Positions 17,912 to 23,324 of a DNA stretch of 34,149 bases are shown here, piece after piece. This stretch comes from Actinomycetota bacterium. Lineage in GTDB: Bacteria > Actinomycetota > Actinomycetes > Actinomycetales > Kineosporiaceae. The stretch lies in contig JBKPQU010000434.1 of assembly GCA_046734255.1 (NCBI GenBank), forward strand, positions 1 to 34,149, written 5' to 3'. The notes below the pieces were generated by a model that had not been told where the DNA came from, did not search any database, and saw only the letters and a program-made list of their open reading frames with translations. Position 1 is the stretch's first letter. Each line of letters opens with the position of its first letter. Both the position numbers and the translations under genes were made by a program.

Positions 17912-17930
17912 GGGTGATGCCGTCTCACCC
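17912..17930 (+). promoter_or_regulatory. perfect 19-bp palindrome GGGTGA-N7-TCACCC between divergent membrane-protein genes
   Basis: GGGTGA-TGCCGTC-TCACCC, preceded by CC and followed by TCACC-N6-GGTGA (17925-17940). About 130 nt upstream of ATG 18047. Confidence 0.5.
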
Positions 17931-18046
17931 CCTCCGGTGAGAGCGTTCAGCCGTCTTCACCGGTGCCGCCGGTGGAGAAGGCCTGGGCGCAAGAGCGCAC
18001 CGGAGCGTCACGCGAGACGAGACAGGACTTCGAGGAGGTCCATCAG

Positions 18047-18472
18047 ATGTCTGATCAGATGTCGGGCTACCGGGCGGCAGCCCGACGGGAGACCAGCGGC
18101 TGGGCCGTTGGCGGCGCCATCTTCGCCGCGACGATGATGATCATGGTTGGCATCTTCCAGGCGCTGAACGGTCTGGTGGCCATCTTCAAGGACAGCTTCT
18201 ACGTGGCCACCCGCAACTACCTCTACAACATCGACGTGACCGCGTGGGGATGGATCCACCTGATCCTGGGTGTGGTCATCTTCATCGCCGGCTTCGCGCT
18301 GCTGTCGGGGCAGACCTGGGCCCGGGCGGTCGGGATCATCCTCGCGTCGATCAGCGCGATCGCGAACTTCATGTTCATCCCGTACTACCCGTTGTGGTCG
18401 CTGCTGATCATCGCGCTGGACGTGTTCGTGATCTGGGCACTGGCCTCGTACAACAAGGAAGCCGCTCTGTAA
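18047..18472 (+). CDS. small membrane protein (4 TM, conserved actinobacterial family of unknown function)
   Basis: ATG 18047 behind GAGGAGG. MSDQMSGYRAAARRETSGWAVGGAIFAATMMIMVGIFQALNGLVAIFKDSFYV...WGWIHLILGVVIFIAGFALL... Confidence 0.7.
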   Translation: MSDQMSGYRAAARRETSGWAVGGAIFAATMMIMVGIFQALNGLVAIFKDSFYVATRNYLYNIDVTAWGWIHLILGVVIFIAGFALLSGQTWARAVGIILASISAIANFMFIPYYPLWSLLIIALDVFVIWALASYNKEAAL

Positions 18473-18497
18473 CCAGCGGTCGCCCGGGGCGTCGCAC

Positions 18498-18512
18498 GGT
18501 GAGTGGATCACC
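18498..18512. terminator. GGTGA-N5-TCACC hairpin 26 nt after the 18047-18472 gene
   Basis: GGTGA(18498-18502) GTGGA TCACC(18508-18512). A further GGTGA(18542-18546)-N11-TCACCC(18558-18563) lies just upstream of the next ORF. Confidence 0.3.
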
Positions 18513-18570
18513 TGCGGCGGAGGCGATCCCGGCAGCGTGTCGGTGAAGTGGGCAGATTCACCCGACCCGG

Positions 18571-19512
18571 GTGTGTCGAGCGCGCTGGTGCCGTGCGCAG
18601 GATGGCGGAATGCGTCGACGCCGTTCCGGCGACCAGCCGTCGTTCTCCTGGCTGGAGCGACTCGGGGCGCTCGTAACAGAGGTACGGACGAGGCTGGAGG
18701 CCTACCGGAGGCGATACGCGCCGGTCGACGTCGGGATGCGCTTCGCGGAACGCAACCGGCCGGTCGCGATCGGACTGCTGGCCTCGGCGCTCGCCTTCCG
18801 GCTGTTCCTGTTGATGCTGCCGCTCGCGTACGTGCTGATCGCCGGGTTGGACTTCCTCCGAGCCGCCTCTCCGGGGACACCGGCGATGCTCGCCCGCCAG
18901 GCCGGACTGACCAGCCTGATCGCCGGCTCCGTCGATCAGGCGGTGCGAGCCTCGGACCAGGGCCGGTGGTTGGCCCTGGCCTTCGGCGTATCCGCCAGCG
19001 TGTTCGCGGCGTCCGGGGTGGTGACCGTGCTGCAACGGGTGCACGCGCTGGCGTGGCACGTGCCACCTCCGCGCGGGCGGAGTCCCCTGCTCATACTCGG
19101 TCTGATCGCCGGCGTCCTCGTTCTGATCCTCACCACCGGGGCCGCGGCCACCGCCCGGCACGAATCGCGTGCATGGGGTCTGGTGGCCACGCTGGCCGCT
19201 GCGTGCGTCTACTTCGCCCTGGCGCTGGCGGGGGCCCGGGCGCTGCCCCATCCCGGGATCCCGCTGAGAGCCCACATGCCCGGGGCTCTGCTGTTCGCCG
19301 TCGGCCTACAGGCCTTTCACGTCGCGGTCGTCTACTACTTCGTTCCCAGGACGGCGCGGGCGGCGGCGGCCTACGGGTCGCTCGGCGTGGCCCTGGTGGT
19401 GCTGGCCGCCCTGTCGCTGCTGGGTCTGCTGGTCGTGGCCGCCGCGGAATTCAACGCGATCCTGTGGGAGCGCCGGGGGGTGCGGAAGGAGAGCGAGCGG
19501 GTGAGCTGGTAG
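18571..19512 (+). CDS. YihY/BrkB-family membrane protein
   Basis: Multi-TM ORF (LLASALAFRLFLLMLPLAYVLIAG, WLALAFGVSASVFAASGVV, LLILGLIAGVLVLILTTG, ALLFAVGLQAFHVAVVYYF, LGVALVVLAALSLLGLLVVAAAEFNA) with the family topology. Alternative start ATG 18610. Confidence 0.65.
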   Translation: MCRARWCRAQDGGMRRRRSGDQPSFSWLERLGALVTEVRTRLEAYRRRYAPVDVGMRFAERNRPVAIGLLASALAFRLFLLMLPLAYVLIAGLDFLRAASPGTPAMLARQAGLTSLIAGSVDQAVRASDQGRWLALAFGVSASVFAASGVVTVLQRVHALAWHVPPPRGRSPLLILGLIAGVLVLILTTGAAATARHESRAWGLVATLAAACVYFALALAGARALPHPGIPLRAHMPGALLFAVGLQAFHVAVVYYFVPRTARAAAAYGSLGVALVVLAALSLLGLLVVAAAEFNAILWERRGVRKESERVSW

Positions 19513-19582
19513 CCCCGACGGGATTCGAACCCGCGCTACCGCCTTGAGAGGGCGGCGTGCTAGGCCACTACACAACGGGGCC
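19507..19582 (-). tRNA. tRNA-Glu (anticodon CUC), genomically encoded CCA
   Basis: The reverse complement reads GGCCCCGTTGTGTAGTGGCCTAGCACGCCGCCCTCTCAAGGCGGTAGCGCGGGTTCGAATCCCGTCGGGGCTACCA. Cloverleaf folded by hand: anticodon loop CUCUCAA, T-loop TTCGAAT, discriminator A. Its 3' end overlaps the TAG stop (19510-19512) of the convergent CDS. Confidence 0.9.
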
Positions 19583-19592
19583 GTGCTGTCCG

Positions 19593-19635
19593 ATGCGGTC
19601 CGATCACCGGTGGCCGGTCGGATCCCGGACCGCAT
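19593..19635 (-). other. extended hairpin in the tRNA-Gln / tRNA-Glu spacer
   Basis: ATGCGGTCCG (19593-19602) is the exact reverse complement of CGGACCGCAT (19626-19635), with an inner ACCGG-TGG-CCGGT stem. Confidence 0.4.
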
Positions 19636-19680
19636 GATGGTAGCGGGTCCAGCGACGTCGCACCGAATCCGCAAGTCGAT

Positions 19681-19711
19681 GCTGTGCTCGCCGCGTCGCG
19701 GCGAGCACAGC
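19681..19711 (-). other. 12-bp perfect hairpin abutting the 3' end of tRNA-Gln (processing or termination signal)
   Basis: GCTGTGCTCGCC (19681-19692) / GGCGAGCACAGC (19700-19711), 7-nt loop. It starts 1 nt after the tRNA-Gln discriminator. No U-tract. Confidence 0.45.
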
Positions 19712-19712
19712 G

Positions 19713-19784
19713 CTGGGGTACCAGGACTCGAACCTAGACTGACGGAACCAGAATCCGGCGTGCTGCCAATTACACCATACCCCA
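19713..19784 (-). tRNA. tRNA-Gln (anticodon CUG), CCA not encoded
   Basis: The reverse complement reads TGGGGTATGGTGTAATTGGCAGCACGCCGGATTCTGGTTCCGTCAGTCTAGGTTCGAGTCCTGGTACCCCAG. It has the U1-A72 pair typical of tRNA-Gln, anticodon loop UUCUGGU and T-loop TTCGAGT. Confidence 0.9.
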
Positions 19785-19855
19785 TGGGGGTACCCGCGCC
19801 GAGCCGGGCGGCACCCGAACCGTGATGGTACCGGCGAGCCGCCGCGCCGCCCAAA

Positions 19856-21127
19856 TCATCCGTCGGCAGCGGCCGGCGAGCCCCCCTCGATCCCCACGTC
19901 GGTGTCCACCACGAACGCGGACCTGAGCAGCGGGACCGCCTGGGCGAGCAGCCGGACACGACCCTGCACGAGCGGCGCCGCGGCGTCCAGGGCGGCGAGC
20001 TGGCGCGGAGTCGGATCCGCGGGCAGCAGGCCGGCGGATCGCAGGTACGAGTGCAGCCGGTCACGGAACTCCTCCGCCGACAGCCTGCGGAGGTGCTCGG
20101 CATTGACCGCCTCCGCCTCCGCCGGGTCGAATCCGACCGGGTGGGCGAGGAGGCCGCGCAGGTCGAAGGTCTCCGCCAGCTCGGAGATCGTGAAGATCTC
20201 GCGGCCGTCCGACGGCGCCCAGCCTCGGAGCGCGAGGTAGTTCAGCAGGCCCTCGGGGAGGAACCCGCACTCGCGGTGGTGCAGCACGTCGGCTTCCGGG
20301 TCCCGGCCGGACAGCGCGCGGTTGCCCGCCCCCCGCAGCAGCGGCAGGTGACCGAACTGCGGCATCTCGGCCGCCACGCCGAGGTCGACCAGCGCCCGCC
20401 AGACCGGGATCTGCCGCAGCGTCGTCGGGAGCAGGTCCTCACCGCGCAGCACGTGGGTGATCCCCATCAGTGCGTCGTCCACCGGGTTGGCCAGCGCGAA
20501 CAGCGGGACGCCGTCCTGCCCGGCGACGACGAAGTCAGGCACGCTGCCGGCCCGCAGCGTCATCCGCCCACGCACGAGGTCGCAGAAGGCGATGTCTTCC
20601 TCCGGCATCCGGAACCGCAGCACCGGCAGCCGGCCCTCGCCGCGCAGATCGGCAGGGCGCTGACCGCTCTGCGGCCGGTCGGCGTTGTCGTAGCCCAGCG
20701 ACGGATCCCGCCCGGCCGCCAGGTGCCGGGCCCGTACCTCGTCGGCGGTGGAGAAGGACTCGTAGACGTGGCCCGCCGCGGCGAGCCGTTCGAGCACCTC
20801 CCGGTGTATCGGTCGGCGCTGGCTCTGCCGGTACGGGGGGTGCGGGCCGCCGACCTCCATTCCCTCGTCCCAGTCCAGGCCCAGCCAGCCCAGCGCCTCC
20901 AGCAGCTGCCGGTAGCCGGCCTCACCCGCCTCGCCGCCGTCGGCGTCCTCGAGCCGGAAGACCAGGACTCCCCCCGTGTGCCGGGCATAGGCCCAGTTGA
21001 ACAGGGCCGTCCTGATCAGCCCGATGTGCGGCCGCCCGGACGGCGATGGGCAAAACCGGACCCGGACCCCTTCGGACCGGGCAGTGGGCGGTCCGAGCGG
21101 CCGTCGATGCAGCACGAGCTCGGCCAT
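19856..21127 (-). CDS. glutamyl-tRNA synthetase homolog with degenerate catalytic signature motifs and a truncated C-terminus
   Basis: Start ATG 21127 (MAELVLHRRPLGPPTARSEGVRVRFCPSPSGRPHIGLIRTALFNWAYARHTGG...). Strong GluRS core (PLFALANPVDDALMGITHVLRGEDLL, GFLPEGLLNYLALRGW). The KMSKS position reads RALSGR, EDTD..R reads EDADGGEAGE, and the product is only 423 aa. See findings. Confidence 0.85.
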   Translation of the reverse strand: MAELVLHRRPLGPPTARSEGVRVRFCPSPSGRPHIGLIRTALFNWAYARHTGGVLVFRLEDADGGEAGEAGYRQLLEALGWLGLDWDEGMEVGGPHPPYRQSQRRPIHREVLERLAAAGHVYESFSTADEVRARHLAAGRDPSLGYDNADRPQSGQRPADLRGEGRLPVLRFRMPEEDIAFCDLVRGRMTLRAGSVPDFVVAGQDGVPLFALANPVDDALMGITHVLRGEDLLPTTLRQIPVWRALVDLGVAAEMPQFGHLPLLRGAGNRALSGRDPEADVLHHRECGFLPEGLLNYLALRGWAPSDGREIFTISELAETFDLRGLLAHPVGFDPAEAEAVNAEHLRRLSAEEFRDRLHSYLRSAGLLPADPTPRQLAALDAAAPLVQGRVRLLAQAVPLLRSAFVVDTDVGIEGGSPAAADG

Positions 21128-21283
21128 GGTGCGCCCAGCGTAACGAGCCCGCGACGGCGGGAAGGGATCTCGGTGGGCCGGTCGTCTGCCGGCGCCCCCG
21201 GTGACGTTCCGTGCGGAAAGGCGAGCGGGACCACCCGTTCGGCCGTCGAACACCACTCGGCGCATGCCCGATCCTGCTCAAGG

Positions 21284-21311
21284 ACAACTACAGAACGTAA
21301 CTCATTAATTA
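21284..21311. promoter_or_regulatory. most AT-rich stretch of the window; presumed divergent promoter region (gltX-like / S8 peptidase)
   Basis: ACAACTACAGAACGTAACTCATTAATTA, including the partial dyad GTAACTCATTAATTAC (12/16 symmetric). Lies between ATG 21127 (minus) and ATG 21315 (plus). Confidence 0.3.
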
Positions 21312-21314
21312 CCG

Positions 21315-23315
21315 ATGGAGCTGGCGTTGCGATCTACAGGGGGCATGGCCACGGGCGCGGTCGCGGCGAGGCCGGCGGCCTTGGCGATGCTGGTCACGGT
21401 GCTCGCGGCGATGCTGGCTGCCTTGCTCGGGCCGGCGGCCCCCACCGCCACGACGGGTGTGCCGCGGAACGACGCGACCATGCGGGTGATCGTTCGCGCC
21501 ATGCCAGGCTCCGTCGCCGGCCTGGAGGCTGCCGTCACCGCGCTTGGCGGCCACGTACGGCTACGGCTGCCCATCATCGACGGGTTCGCCGCCACCCTCC
21601 CCGCCGGGGCCGAGGCCCGGGTACGCGCGCTTCCTGGCGCGGTGGCCGTCACGCCCGATGTGGCGGGGCGGGTCCAGTCGATCGATCCGAGCCTCGGCTA
21701 CGACGCCGTGGCCGACACCGGCTCCCAGTACGACGTCACCCAGCTGATCGGAGCCCAGGCCGCGTGGGCCGCCGGGTTCACCGGGAAGGGGGTGGACGTC
21801 GCCCTGATCGACACCGGGGTGGCCCCGGTCCCCGGGCTGACCAGCGGGAACGTCATCAACGGGCCGGACCTGTCGTTCGACTCCCAGCACGTCGACGTTC
21901 GCTACAAGGACACCTACGGCCATGGCACTCACATGGCGAGCATCATCGCCGGCCGGGACACCGCCGGTGCGCCGTCCAGCTACCTCTCCACCTCGTCGTT
22001 CAACGGCGTGGCGCCCGATGCCCGGGTGATCAGCCTCAAGGTCGGGGCCAGCGACGGCTCGGCGGACGTCTCCCAGGTGATCGCCGCGATCAACTGGGTG
22101 ACTGAGCATGCGCATACGTCCGGGCTGAACATCCGGGTACTGAACCTCTCCTACGGCACCGACGCCGACCCCGACTCCCAGTTGGGGGGTCAAACGAGCG
22201 GCGGCTCGTACGGCGGTTCCAGTGGCGGTTCATACGGCGGTTCGAGCGGTTGGAGCGGCGGTTCGTACGGCGGTTCCAGCGGCGGTTCGTACGGCGGTTC
22301 GAGCGGCGGTTCGAGCGGCGGTTCGTACGGCGGTTCGTACGGCGGTTCCAGCGGCGGGAGCGGCGTCCAGGGGTACCAGCTGGATCCGCTTGCCTACGCG
22401 GCCGAGGTCGCCTGGCGCAGGGGCATCGTCGTGGTCGCGGCCGCCGGGAACGACGGCACCACAAGGACAGAACTCGCCGACCCCGCGTTCGACCCCAACC
22501 TCCTGGCGGTCGGCGCCGAGGACCCGATGGGGACGCTCAGCCTCGCCGACGACATCATCCCTGCGTTCTCCAACCGGGGGACGACCCGCCGCAACGTCGA
22601 CCTCGTCGCGCCAGGGACGCACGTGCTGGGCCTGCGCGTGCCCAACAGCCTGATCGACCAGGCCTATCCCAGCGCCCAGGTGGGCCAGCGGTTCTTCCGC
22701 GGCAGCGGGACGTCGCAGGCCACGGCCGTGGTGTCCGGTGCCGCCGCGCTGCTGCTGCAGAAGTACCCGACGCTGACCCCGGATCAGGTCAAGGCGCTCC
22801 TGACCAGCACAGCCACGCCGTTGCCCAAGATGGTGACCTGGAGGAGCGAGGGCGAAGGGATCGTCAGCGTGGGCGCGGCCCAGGGTGTCTCGGCGGCCGG
22901 GATAGCCGCACTGTCGCTGCCCAGGCCGTCCTACGGGACGGGCACCGGGTCGCTGGAGCTTGCCCGCGGCTCCTCCCACGTCGTTGACGGCGGCGTCACG
23001 CTGTCCGGCGAAAAGGACATCTTCGGGCGCGCCTGGGACGGATCGACCTGGGCTCCGGCCGCGCTGGCCGGCACGACCTGGTCGGGTGGGAACTGGAACG
23101 GCAGCCAGTGGACCGGCGCCGACTGGACCACCGCCGCGAACTGGGCGGCCGCGCCCTGGCTGGGGACAGCCTGGAGCGGGGTCCCGTGGACGGGACGCAG
23201 TTGGGCCTCCCGGTCCTGGGCGGGGAACGGCTGGGACGGCCGGAGCTGGCTGGACATTACCTGGACCGGTCGCAGCTGGGCCGACAGCACGTGGTCGAGC
23301 GGGTCCTGGAGCTGA
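21315..23315 (+). CDS. secreted S8 (subtilisin-like) serine peptidase with I9 propeptide, Gly/Ser/Tyr-rich insertion and Trp-repeat C-terminal tail
   Basis: Signal-like AARPAALAMLVTVLAAMLAALLGPAAP. Propeptide MRVIVRAMPGSVAGLEAAVTALGGHVRLRLPIIDGFAATLP. Triad motifs VALIDTGV, GHGTHMASI, GSGTSQATAVVSGAAALL. Oxyanion region VVAAAGNDG. Alternative start ATG 21345. Confidence 0.9.
   Translation: MELALRSTGGMATGAVAARPAALAMLVTVLAAMLAALLGPAAPTATTGVPRNDATMRVIVRAMPGSVAGLEAAVTALGGHVRLRLPIIDGFAATLPAGAEARVRALPGAVAVTPDVAGRVQSIDPSLGYDAVADTGSQYDVTQLIGAQAAWAAGFTGKGVDVALIDTGVAPVPGLTSGNVINGPDLSFDSQHVDVRYKDTYGHGTHMASIIAGRDTAGAPSSYLSTSSFNGVAPDARVISLKVGASDGSADVSQVIAAINWVTEHAHTSGLNIRVLNLSYGTDADPDSQLGGQTSGGSYGGSSGGSYGGSSGWSGGSYGGSSGGSYGGSSGGSSGGSYGGSYGGSSGGSGVQGYQLDPLAYAAEVAWRRGIVVVAAAGNDGTTRTELADPAFDPNLLAVGAEDPMGTLSLADDIIPAFSNRGTTRRNVDLVAPGTHVLGLRVPNSLIDQAYPSAQVGQRFFRGSGTSQATAVVSGAAALLLQKYPTLTPDQVKALLTSTATPLPKMVTWRSEGEGIVSVGAAQGVSAAGIAALSLPRPSYGTGTGSLELARGSSHVVDGGVTLSGEKDIFGRAWDGSTWAPAALAGTTWSGGNWNGSQWTGADWTTAANWAAAPWLGTAWSGVPWTGRSWASRSWAGNGWDGRSWLDITWTGRSWADSTWSSGSWS
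22196..22364 (+). repeat. in-frame imperfect tandem repeat (about 24-nt unit GGCGGTTCGTACGGCGGTTCCAGC) encoding (GGSYGGSS)n
   Basis: Encodes SGGSYGGSSGGSYGGSSGWSGGSYGGSSGGSYGGSSGGSSGGSYGGSYGGSSGGSG inside the S8 catalytic domain. The repeat also generates the spurious RRTNRR.. and AVRTAV.. ORFs in other frames. Confidence 0.9.
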
Positions 23316-23324
23316 GCAGCCAGG

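Noticed and set aside
7716-17930. Reading the GGGTGA-N7-TCACCC sites as CRP/GlxR boxes, SigF/SigB-type -10 elements (GGGTAT) or PhoP PHO-box direct repeats.
   Set aside because: The CRP-type consensus TGTGA-N6-TCACA has even spacing and T/A at the outer positions. No GTTT-type -35 lies 14-17 nt upstream of any copy. The TCACCC units are not spaced at 11-nt multiples (24 nt at 7705/7729).
19507-19784. A tRNA-associated genomic island or integrative element at the tRNA-Glu / tRNA-Gln locus.
   Set aside because: There is no integrase, excisionase or transposase ORF in the window. By eye, no direct repeat of either tRNA 3' half is visible elsewhere in the window.
21225-21236. T-box-like core GGGUGGUCCCGC (minus strand) in the 187-nt leader of the gltX-like gene. 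The variable N is U, which would match the A73 discriminator of the adjacent tRNA-Glu.
   Set aside because: It matches only about 11 of 14 T-box positions, which my rough estimate puts among the chance matches expected in GC-rich DNA. I could not build the antiterminator A1/A2 helices. I found no Stem I with a GAA/GAG specifier internal loop, only a small UCCU-UGAGC-AGGA hairpin. Only about 80 nt are available upstream. An Rfam RF00230 cmsearch would settle it.
22196-22364. A short-period DNA repeat that might be mistaken for a CRISPR array or a minisatellite locus.
   Set aside because: There are no unique spacers. The units are contiguous, about 24 nt long and in frame within a CDS. No cas genes are present in the window.
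22090-22464. ORFs encoding RRTNRRTNRRSNRR... (minus strand) and AVRTAVRAAVRTAV... (plus strand, 22222-22653) repeats.
   Set aside because: They are alternative-frame readings of the (GGSYGGSS)n tandem repeat inside the S8 peptidase gene, and the S8 frame is continuous through the repeat.
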